From NCBI GenBank assembly GCA_048882505.1, contig JBHLRO010000015.1, forward strand, positions 29,696-61,695: a stretch of DNA of 32,000 nt, read 5' to 3'. Source of the DNA: Candidatus Thorarchaeota archaeon (GTDB lineage: Archaea > Asgardarchaeota > Heimdallarchaeia > Hodarchaeales > Hodarchaeaceae). A model generated the notes under the pieces. The model did no database searches, was not told where the DNA came from, and was given only the letters and a program-made list of their open reading frames with translations. How positions within the stretch are numbered: the stretch's first letter is position 1; each line of letters begins with the position of its first letter. The translations under genes were made by a program, and so were the position numbers. Shown piece by piece: positions 18,477 through 27,200 of the stretch.

Positions 18477-18888
18477 TTTCGTTTTACTACGTTCCATTCC
18501 TAATTATGTGTTACCATTTAAAATGGCCCGATCTTTGTTATTATGGATTCTGATCATAGGCGGCATTAGGCCAGAATGAAAGATCAGAACTGGCATACGG
18601 ATTCAGTACTTTCAAAAAGGATAGTAAGTGTGGGATGCAGGTAAGATTGATAGATGAAAACCACTTTAAACGGAAATCAAATTTTTAAATCCCTGCTAAT
18701 GTAACTGTCCTCAGTTAGAATGGCCACATATCTAGCTTTAGCAATTTTAATCGTATTACTGAAACCATATAGGGTGGAAGAACGTATGCATAGAATATGT
18801 GAGGTTTTTGGAATTCTTTGAAGGAGATCCCGTAGTGGGGTACAAACGTGGAACGTTATTTGATGAATATGACTGGGTGAGGACACAA

Positions 18889-18915
18889 TAGTTTTATAGT
18901 ATAGTAGTTTTATAG
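18889..18915 (+). repeat. Direct repeat TAGTTTTATAG x2 upstream of radA
   Basis: Identical 11-mers at 18889-18899 and 18905-18915 (period 16), each containing TTTTATA. Confidence 0.6.
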
Positions 18916-18968
18916 AGTAGTACGTAGTATTCCTAATACGAGACTCACCTTTAAGGTATGGGAAGATA

Positions 18969-20003
18969 ATGCCTCCCAAAAAGAAAACTGAAGAAACTAA
19001 TTCAGAAGCCAAAGCCAAATCGGATAAAAAGCCTAGGAAAGCAACAACAATTACTGAACTTCCTGGAATAGGGCCATCGACAGCAACTAAACTGATAGAA
19101 GCAGGCTTTTCCACCCTGGAAGCAATAGCTACCGTTTCCATTGGAGAATTGATGTCAGTAGCAAGCATGGGTGAAAAAACCGTAACCAAAATCATTGAGG
19201 CGGCGAGAGAAGCCTTGGACATCGATTTCGAGACTGCAAAATCGGTTTTAAATCGACGAAGTGGCTTGGCTAAGATTACCACTGGTAGCCAAAAGCTTGA
19301 TGAGCTCTTCGGGGGTGGTATCGAAACAGGCGCAGTTACAGAACTATATGGCGAATTCAGGACTGGAAAGACGCAGATTGCACACCAAGTTGCCGTGACT
19401 ACCATGCTTCCGAAGGAAAAGGGGGGATTACGAGAAGGGGATGAGTACCCTAAGGTGGTGTACGTCGATAGCGAAGGAACCTTTCGTCCTGAAAGAATCG
19501 TATCGATGGCTGCAAGATGGGAAACTGATCTTGATACGAACCAGGTATTAGATAACATATTACATGGCCGAGCTCATAATTCTGATCACCAAATGGTACT
19601 AGTAGAAAAAATGGTTAAGGAAGTGCTTCCTACAGAACCAGTTAGACTGATGATAGTAGACTCCTTAATTGCACATTTTAGAGCTGAGTACGTCGGTCGT
19701 GGCACTCTTGCCAAAAGGCAGCAAAAACTCAATCAACATATTCATACGATACTTCGTGCTGCCGAGATGGCCAATCTTGCTGTAATCGTAACGAATCAAG
19801 TGCATGCGAAACCTGATCAATTTTTCGGTGATCCGACCGCTCCAGTCGGTGGACATATCGTAGCCCATGCAGCTCAAACCCGGGTTTATCTTCGAAAATC
19901 CAAAGGAGAAAGACGTATTGCTCGGATTGTCGATAGTCCTCTCCTTCCCGAGAATGAGGCCATTTTTGGATTAACCGCTGATGGTATTGTTGACGTTACA
20001 TAA
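18969..20003 (+). CDS. radA: DNA repair and recombination protein RadA
   Basis: HhH N-domain (ELPGIG), ITTGSQKLDELFGGGIET, Walker A GEFRTGKTQ, EGTFRPER, IVDS, FRAEYVGRG.L..RQQKL, VTNQV, GGHIVAH, RIARIVDSP. Confidence 0.98.
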   Translation: MPPKKKTEETNSEAKAKSDKKPRKATTITELPGIGPSTATKLIEAGFSTLEAIATVSIGELMSVASMGEKTVTKIIEAAREALDIDFETAKSVLNRRSGLAKITTGSQKLDELFGGGIETGAVTELYGEFRTGKTQIAHQVAVTTMLPKEKGGLREGDEYPKVVYVDSEGTFRPERIVSMAARWETDLDTNQVLDNILHGRAHNSDHQMVLVEKMVKEVLPTEPVRLMIVDSLIAHFRAEYVGRGTLAKRQQKLNQHIHTILRAAEMANLAVIVTNQVHAKPDQFFGDPTAPVGGHIVAHAAQTRVYLRKSKGERRIARIVDSPLLPENEAIFGLTADGIVDVT

Positions 20004-20058
20004 CATATTAGTTTTTGGGTCAATTACGTGTTGATTTTCAGCCTTTTGAGGGATCGAA

Positions 20059-20247
20059 ACGTCGAAATCAAAGGGATGGTGGCGATGCGGGAATTGTGGT
20101 TACATTTATAAACCAGAAATCGGCGACGCCGTTGCTAAAGTTCCCCCTAATACGTCTTTTGAAGATTTACCATCGGATTGGATCTGTCCTGTCTGTTTTA
20201 CGGATAAAAAGGCATTCTATGTTTTTAAAGCCAAGAATAAGCCTTGA
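20059..20247 (+). CDS. Rubredoxin (62 aa), absent from the ORF track; candidate non-canonical ACG start
   Basis: Hand translation: (M)SKSKGWWRCGNCGYIYKPEIGDAVAKVPPNTSFEDLPSDWICPVCFTDKKAFYVFKAKNKP*. It has both CxxC knuckles and the FEDLP.DW.CP.C signature. An in-frame TGA lies at 20047-20049 and there is no in-frame ATG/GTG/TTG. GAGGG (20048-20052) sits 6 nt before ACG. Confidence 0.85.
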   Translation, partial: TSKSKGWWRCGNCGYIYKPEIGDAVAKVPPNTSFEDLPSDWICPVCFTDKKAFYVFKAKNKP

Positions 20248-20277
20248 GAAGGCCCGATTTTGATTGGGACAGGGTTA

Positions 20278-21708
20278 CTAGAGTTTTCCGTCCTGAAGAT
20301 ATTCTACCATTTTAGAGCCGGCTCCTATCCAATCATCAGCTGCTTCAGCGAAAATCTCTTGGGCACGCTTAGTAGCTTGTCCCAGTATCTCTTGTAAATC
20401 AATCAATTGAAATTTTTTGTCCTTTAGGATGATTTTTCCATGTATGATAACATCATTCACCTCGTGCCCCGTCATCGAATAGACCAAATTGGGAATAAAA
20501 TTATTAAAGGGGTAAAAAACCAACGGAGTCATTTCAAGCTCCTTAAGGTTGATTGTGATAATATCTGCCGCCTTTCCAACCTTTAATGATCCGATTTGCT
20601 GTTCAAGTCCCAGCACTCGCGCGCCATTAATGGTGGCTAACTCAAGTGACTGCCAGGGGGGAAAAGCAGTTGGATCCTGATGAAGAACCTTGGTTAAGAG
20701 GGCATTCATCCTAATTTCCCGAAAAAGGTTCACGTGTCCCGTGCCTGGTGCCTGATCAGATCCTACGGCTGCGTTACCTCCAAGCTGAATGTAGTGGCCT
20801 ATCGGCGGGATAATACCATCGATTGAGGAAATGGCCGATGGGCACCCTACCATATGGACGCCCCGTTCAACCATTAGTTTTCGCTCTGCTACATTGGTTG
20901 CATGAATGTGAGCTGCTACGAGAGAATCACTTAGAAATCCGTATTTGCTTAATATACTAACGGTTGTTTCAGTTTCCCCGTAACGGCCCTTGATCTGAAT
21001 ATTTTCACGCTCGCCTTGAGCGATGTGCATGTGAAAACGACATCCCCTCTCAATTGCTTGTCTTTGGACCTCCTCAAGCAAACCCAATGAAATCATATCC
21101 AAAGCCTGAGGACCATACATACAGGATACTAAGGAATTATTACCAAATTCTCTAAACACATCATTGGCTCGTTTTAATGCTTTTTCCCCCAATTCTCGGT
21201 CAAATTCATATAAATCCGTGGGGCCAAGCCGTGTACGATCTGAAACCACCTCGTGTATCGTTTCGATGCCCACAACCCGGGCATGAAACGGTAGATATAC
21301 CTCTCGAATAATAGATCCAACGGACTGGCTATATTCAGCAAATGTCGTTGTGCCGGTTCTAATTCCTTCCAATACCCCGAGTTTTGATCCAAGGATTAGA
21401 TCATCGAGTGATAAGTGTCTGGATATCGGCCGTAATCCTTTGGTCATCCATTCTATTTCTGGAAGATCCTGAGCTGCTCCCCTTAGAAGTGTTAATCCTG
21501 TGTGGGTGTGGGCGTTTATTAATCCTGGCATAGTAAGTTTATTGGCTCCATCAATAATTAAATCCGCATTACGACCCTTTAGATCCTTTGTTAGTCCAAC
21601 ATACACAATACGTCCATTAGTTACTCCTATTGCTCCATCACGAATAACTCCTAACCCACTATTACCTTCTAACGTCATTAACCATGTATTAAGAATTAAG
21701 AGATCCAT
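20278..21708 (-). CDS. Metal-dependent amidohydrolase, MTA/SAH deaminase / Atz-Trz-like family
   Basis: PGLINAHTH, HMHIAQ, AAHIH, GSD, AT.NGARVLG...GSL.VGK.AD. Substrate not determinable from sequence. Confidence 0.9.
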   Translation of the reverse strand: MDLLILNTWLMTLEGNSGLGVIRDGAIGVTNGRIVYVGLTKDLKGRNADLIIDGANKLTMPGLINAHTHTGLTLLRGAAQDLPEIEWMTKGLRPISRHLSLDDLILGSKLGVLEGIRTGTTTFAEYSQSVGSIIREVYLPFHARVVGIETIHEVVSDRTRLGPTDLYEFDRELGEKALKRANDVFREFGNNSLVSCMYGPQALDMISLGLLEEVQRQAIERGCRFHMHIAQGERENIQIKGRYGETETTVSILSKYGFLSDSLVAAHIHATNVAERKLMVERGVHMVGCPSAISSIDGIIPPIGHYIQLGGNAAVGSDQAPGTGHVNLFREIRMNALLTKVLHQDPTAFPPWQSLELATINGARVLGLEQQIGSLKVGKAADIITINLKELEMTPLVFYPFNNFIPNLVYSMTGHEVNDVIIHGKIILKDKKFQLIDLQEILGQATKRAQEIFAEAADDWIGAGSKMVEYLQDGKL

Positions 21709-21720
21709 TTTCGTATCATC

Positions 21721-22455
21721 CTATTCGGATTGTGTGAAAAGATTAAGAAGACTTGATAGGTCCCCATCTTGGCATACAAAATCTGCCACTTCTGCTACCT
21801 TGAAGGAGCTCGGTTCTATGGCGATAGCTGTTCCTGCCGCTTTAAGCATGGAGATGTCTGAAGCAGAATCACCAAAGGCGATCGAATTGTCTGGTGAAAC
21901 ATCGAAGCGATTCAGAAGATTTTTTAGGATAAGACCCTTTTTTTGGAATTCCACGTTGATCATTACTTCACCTGTGATACGTTGATTTCGACGTACGATT
22001 TCATTGGCGATCCAAAAATCAACATTAAATCGTGCTGCAATCTTTGCTACGATATCGCTTAATCCCATGGAGATAATGACTAATATACACCCATTTTGTT
22101 TGAAAAATGTCATGATTTTGTCAATTCCCGTACGTAATTCCACACTATTGAGTGCAGCCTGATACTCTGTCTCATGACGGTTAACCCAGGCTCCTGCATC
22201 GATAATACAGAACTCTTGGTATGAAATTTCATTTTTCATGAATCTTTGCAGTGCTGGTTTTCCAATAGATTCCCATGTACCGAAATATTTGTGAACCACC
22301 TGCCACGAAGACCGGGAGGCCCTAGTAGTGAGTGTTCCATCGCAGTCAAATGCTACAAGCCATGGTTCTTCTTTGGAAATGTTGAATTGCCTGCGTACCA
22401 TTGGAAAACTCTCGAAAAAGAAATTCCCTCGCTTAATCACAGGGAAAAGTTGCAT
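21721..22455 (-). CDS. HAD-superfamily phosphatase (phosphoserine phosphatase-like, subfamily IB)
   Basis: Motif I FDCDGTL, motif II ISMG, motif III K, motif IV GDSASD. Start uncertain (22455 or a later Met). Ends 12 nt before the amidohydrolase start. Confidence 0.88.
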   Translation of the reverse strand: MQLFPVIKRGNFFFESFPMVRRQFNISKEEPWLVAFDCDGTLTTRASRSSWQVVHKYFGTWESIGKPALQRFMKNEISYQEFCIIDAGAWVNRHETEYQAALNSVELRTGIDKIMTFFKQNGCILVIISMGLSDIVAKIAARFNVDFWIANEIVRRNQRITGEVMINVEFQKKGLILKNLLNRFDVSPDNSIAFGDSASDISMLKAAGTAIAIEPSSFKVAEVADFVCQDGDLSSLLNLFTQSE

Positions 22456-22469
22456 TTCTTCGCTCTGGA

Positions 22470-22492
22470 TCTATTAGATTAAGATTAATAGA
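22470..22492. promoter_or_regulatory. Inverted repeat in the short divergent promoter between the HAD gene and the kinase/N-hydrolase gene
   Basis: TCTATTA-GATTAAGAT-TAATAGA: 7-bp arms, 9-bp spacer. Confidence 0.35.
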
Positions 22493-22553
22493 CTCCTTGA
22501 AAATCTGGCAAATAAAAGGATTTTGCTCTCCATATCTGGGTACTGTGAGAAAT

Positions 22554-23585
22554 ATGAGAGTAATCGTAAGTGGTATATCTGGCTCTGGACGATCGGACTC
22601 CCTTGCTGACTTGAAACAATATATCAAGAAGAATTACCCTAATAAGAAACTTATCATCTTTAACACAAATCGTGCCATGCGTGAGATGGCCAAAGAGCTC
22701 CGCATTGATGTTAAACGAGAGAAAATGCTTGATCTCTCACCAAACACTCTTCAAACACTTCGATCTTCAGTATTCGAACGCATTTTGAGGGAAGTAGAAG
22801 ATTATGAGGAAAAGTATGAGGATGTTGCGATAATTCTTGATACTCACGCCACTTATCGGTGGAAAGAGCATTTGGTTGCTGGTTGGGATTTTGGATATCT
22901 CACGAAATTCAATCCTGATCTCTTTCTAACCATTATAAACGTAATCAACGATATATACGAAACCCTAGAGGCGAATCCCTTATGGGGAGGAATGAACAAT
23001 CGGCTTCAGTTGGGAATCTGGCAGGAAGAGGAGGCCTTTACTACAAAGCTTATGGCGGACATTCTCAAAAAGCCCTTCTACATAATTGCCAGAAAACAAC
23101 CTCCTGAAACTCTGTATCGTTTAATCTATGAGCATGAAGTTAGCGATAAGGTGTATCTTTCATATCCTATGACCCATATACGTGATCCTGATAAAAAAAA
23201 AGAAGTTGAAAATCTCGCCCAAGAACTACGGGCTTTAGGTTTTGTTGTGTTTGACCCCTCAACAATGGAACTTGAAAAAAACCATGGAGACATTCCTGAA
23301 GATATTCGTGTGTATGATTTCTATCAGACTGTTTATAGAGATTTCCAGTTGATAGATCAGGGCACAATGGTGGTTGTATACTATCCTGAGATTGTACACT
23401 CGTCAGGAGTCGTTAATGAACAAGCGTACGGGTTTAGGAATAACAAATATGTCTTTGCGGTCTTTCCTGCCAAAAATTATAGTCCATTCACGTCATTTTT
23501 TGCAGACAAGACTTTTTTTTCCGTAAAAGAGCTAATTCAGTTCCTCAAGGACGACTTTATTCCTGCACGAGAACAAAGAGCCTAA
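22554..23585 (+). CDS. Fusion of archaeal adenylate/NMP-kinase-like P-loop domain and nucleoside 2'-deoxyribosyltransferase/DNPH1(Rcl)-like domain
   Basis: N-half: RVIVSGISGSGRS, LDTHA, FNPDLF. C-half (from about 23148): VYLSYP, VFDP, RDFQLID, SSGVVNE. ATG at 22554 preferred over the track TTG at 22497. Confidence 0.75.
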   Translation: MRVIVSGISGSGRSDSLADLKQYIKKNYPNKKLIIFNTNRAMREMAKELRIDVKREKMLDLSPNTLQTLRSSVFERILREVEDYEEKYEDVAIILDTHATYRWKEHLVAGWDFGYLTKFNPDLFLTIINVINDIYETLEANPLWGGMNNRLQLGIWQEEEAFTTKLMADILKKPFYIIARKQPPETLYRLIYEHEVSDKVYLSYPMTHIRDPDKKKEVENLAQELRALGFVVFDPSTMELEKNHGDIPEDIRVYDFYQTVYRDFQLIDQGTMVVVYYPEIVHSSGVVNEQAYGFRNNKYVFAVFPAKNYSPFTSFFADKTFFSVKELIQFLKDDFIPAREQRA

Positions 23586-23611
23586 CCCGGATATTCCTGA
23601 TCCTGATAGTT

Positions 23612-24169
23612 CTATGGCATCAGATCTGCTTCAATGTTGCTAATGAGACGGCAGTCATCACACTTTAGATGACATGACGGTTCATCGAAGACAGTTTTCG
23701 AGGGATTAGGCGATAAAGGTATCCAGAATGGCTTCTCCGTGAACACTTCCGATTCCTTGGCAAAATACGAATTTTTTCGTTTAACACCAGTAAGACGGCC
23801 TAATGGGAAGATATCCAAAAAATGGGCAAGGTCCTCTCTCTTCTTAGAGAGAAGACAAATAACCAGATTATATTCAAATCCTGATAGGCTGAAAATCTGA
23901 ACGGCAAGTGGACACGAGGTAAATCGCTCTAAAATCGCTTTTTCAGTGAGTGGATTTGCAATCTCTACAAATGAGAGGGCGTGGCAAAAATCTAATTTGG
24001 AAGCATTGGCCGTCATCTGGATTCTAATATAACCTCGTTCAACGAGCGATTCAAAACGACGTTTTACAGTAGCTTTTGACAGTTTAAGTTCATTGGCGGC
24101 CTTATTGAAGGAATTCCGGGGATTTCGTTTGAAATATTCAACAATACCCTGATCTTTCTCATCTAACAT
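23612..24169 (-). CDS. Lrp/AsnC-family transcriptional regulator with C-terminal Cys motif
   Basis: LDEKD..I...F..NPR.SF...A..L.LS..TV..R...L...G HTH, a RAM-like domain, and a tail C-x3-C-x2-C. Confidence 0.88.
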   Translation of the reverse strand: MLDEKDQGIVEYFKRNPRNSFNKAANELKLSKATVKRRFESLVERGYIRIQMTANASKLDFCHALSFVEIANPLTEKAILERFTSCPLAVQIFSLSGFEYNLVICLLSKKREDLAHFLDIFPLGRLTGVKRKNSYFAKESEVFTEKPFWIPLSPNPSKTVFDEPSCHLKCDDCRLISNIEADLMP

Positions 24170-24267
24170 TCAGGCCAAACTCTTTTCTCTGTTATTCCTT
24201 CTTAGTTATCAATATTCCTTGATCAGATTTTCTGTTATTTTATCCAAATCGGTTATTTTTGCGCGAT

Positions 24268-27200
24268 TTACGCCCTTATTGGAACTGCAGTAGAGCGAAA
24301 ACTTCCTAAAGGTTCAAGTTTGCCTTTCATGTGAGCTTGCATGCCCTTAACAGCCATTGGCTTCAGGTTGGACATCATCTTAGGAAGCATGGTTGGCAAT
24401 AATTTCTCCATCGTGTAGGGGAGGATATAATCCATTCGATCTTGCATCTGGGGATATTTGGCCATGCCCGGAATGGTTATGGACATATACTCCTTGATCT
24501 GAGGTAGCATCTTCGGTAACATCCCTGGTAACATCATCTTGAACATCGTTGGCATAATAAAAGGAAGTTTACCCATTAATCCCATTATAGGGGACATTAC
24601 GTAGCTCAATCGAGTCACTCGCATGAGCTTGAACATAGTTTTAAATAGTCCTGGCATGGACTCCATCATCTCGGGCAAAAGATGAGCCATCATCTCATTT
24701 AATCCTTCAGGAGTCATAAGGAGAATAGCAGGCTCGAATACCTCGTTCCAAACATGAAGAACTGTTGCCGTTGGATCGGTTAATGGGTTCTCCCCCATAC
24801 TTTCTAGGACTATGTCTGTCATGTCTCTGATAGGCAGATCAATATTATTCTTATCAGCACCAACACGCATCTGGAATTCACAACAAGGACATGTCGCATA
24901 AACTTCTTCGGCTCCAGAATCTATGGCTTCAGTCAGTTTTATCTTCGCAATGTCATTACTTGCGTCCCAGCTGCCGATTCGAGTCAATACGGATCCACAA
25001 CAAAGCGATTTCTCCCTATTGTGTTCCATTTCACGAAATTCTACTCCAGGCACGGCTTGAAGGACATTACGGGGGTTTTCATAGTAATCACTAGGACGTA
25101 AGAGATGGCAACTATCATGCCATGTGACCTTTTTATTCCTCTCATTTGTCAATTTAATCTTGCCTTCTTGGATTAGCTCGTCTGTGATCTTAGAGATGTG
25201 TGTTAGTTCGATCTCCTCCCACATCTTTTTCAGCTCAGGCTTTTTATCAGACATTTTCTCTGTGAACGCTGGATAATAGTGAGCCATGGCTGCAAAACAT
25301 CCTGGACATGAAATTACAAGGTTTCGAATTCCCTGACCATAAATAGTCCTGATATTCTTCTCCATCGTGTCTTCCCAAACATCCCATAATCCTGCCATCA
25401 GGCTGGGTACACCACAGCAATTCTCCTCTTTCCCTAATAAGGTGAAATCGAGACCACCTTTTTTCATGATGGTTACTGCACCATGGGCAATATTTGGTTC
25501 CACAAAGCTGGCCGTACAGCCTGACCAGTACCCCAACTCCGCTTGTTTTCCAACATTTTCCAAAGCTTCAGCGGGAATCCAATCATCACGATGCGCTGGA
25601 TCATGGGCCCAAATGTTATTCCCAGTCACGATGCCTCCGGCCATCATATGAAAGGCTGGAAAAGTAGCACAATTCTTATTTTCAATCAAAACCCCTCGCA
25701 TCTCATCCCATAGAGACTGGATATTGATATCTAGCTGGCAAACGCCGGGTTGCTCACATCTGTTACAGGTTGTGCATAAAAGGAATTCTGCAGCCATTTC
25801 ATCGGTCATTTCGGCTTTTCCTTTCGCCAATTGTTTCAAATAGTAAAATTTTCCCCTGGGCGAGGCTTTTTCTAGTCTCCTTCCTTCAAAAATGGTGCAA
25901 ACCTGCTGGCAATATCCACATTGGGCACATGTAAAAGCTTCCCAAACCAAATCATCAGGGATATATTTTGCTCTACGACGGCCACGAAGTTTTCTGGTCA
26001 CGATTTCCATTGGAGTTAAGAAGGAACGGATAATGGGGAAGTTTGCCATGAACATTGCTAATCGTAGTGTGCGAGCTTTAGGAAACAGAACTTTTCCTGG
26101 ATTGAGAAGGTTATTAGGATCATTCTCAATTTTAAAAGCCTTTAAATTATCAACAAGATCCTTTCCAAAGATATTCGGAGCCTCTGAGACAAAATATAAG
26201 CCAGTTCCGTAAGCCCGTCCACCACGCTTTTTCAGGATGCGCAAAAACCTCAAGCTCTTTGAAAAGCTTAATGAATAGCCCCATGAGCGTTCATCTCCAA
26301 GGTTAAAGGTCAATAGAACGCTCTCATCTGGGGTGGACATGATCCCTTCTATTGCAATTCCTTTCAACTGCTTCTCGCTAAGCGAGAGAACCTCAGCCAA
26401 CTTAGAAGTCTGTGAAATTCCTTCCGAAGGAACCAGCGTTGGGCCCAACCGTTTTATGCGCATCATGTAATATCGTTCATCCCATTCATGAGTGGCAATT
26501 TCCTGAGAATATCGAATTCCGCCATATTTTCTAAAAAGGGTATCCAGGTTTGATTCGATTGATTCCAAATCGTGCCCCTTAACAGCGATTAGGATAAAAT
26601 ATCCCTCCTCTGGCAATAGAACGGGGCCAAGATAATCTGGATCTCCGTGAGAATGTTCCGCTGCTCGTTCTGCCTGTTCTTTCATGGCAAGATTCTTTAA
26701 ATGGAGATAGTTTGGTGTTAAAAAGCTAACATGCCAAATCGGAAAATCTCCCTCTGGCAAGGCCATCAGTACCTCTTGCAATCCCTTTGCTGTCGGAACA
26801 CCAAAAGCAAGGGGAATAATGTCGTGTTTATTTTCAACTCGGAGGGTTATTTTGGAGACCAGGCCCGTCGTCCCCTCCAGGCCATAATAATACTTTAGAT
26901 CCTCACCTGATACTGTTTTTATTGAACCGTCGAGATGAACAACCTCTATTGACTCAACAACGTTCAAAAATGATCCATTTTCGTACGAACCGACTCCTGA
27001 ACCCCCCATGGCGAAGAATCCTCCAACAGAACTACCAGGAGCTGAAGTGGGATACATCTTCAAGGCGAGATTATGTTTTTCGAGTTCATATTCCAGATTC
27101 TTCCAAACGATTCCAGGCTCGACCGTGACCAATTTAGACTCGGAATCGACTCTGAGGATCCTTCTAAACCATCCGAAATTCAAAACTAATCCTTTATTTA

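Noticed and set aside
18548-18589. Inverted repeat TTCTGATC-N26-GATCAGAA
   Set aside because: Only 8-bp arms with a long unpaired spacer; not distinguishable from chance without conservation data.
18677-19558. 293-aa minus-strand ORF in the track
   Set aside because: Mostly the antisense shadow of radA, which has unambiguous motifs; the translation has no family features.
20015-20263. 82-aa plus-strand ORF in the track
   Set aside because: It overlaps the rubredoxin in another frame and has no motif, whereas the rubredoxin frame carries a complete signature.
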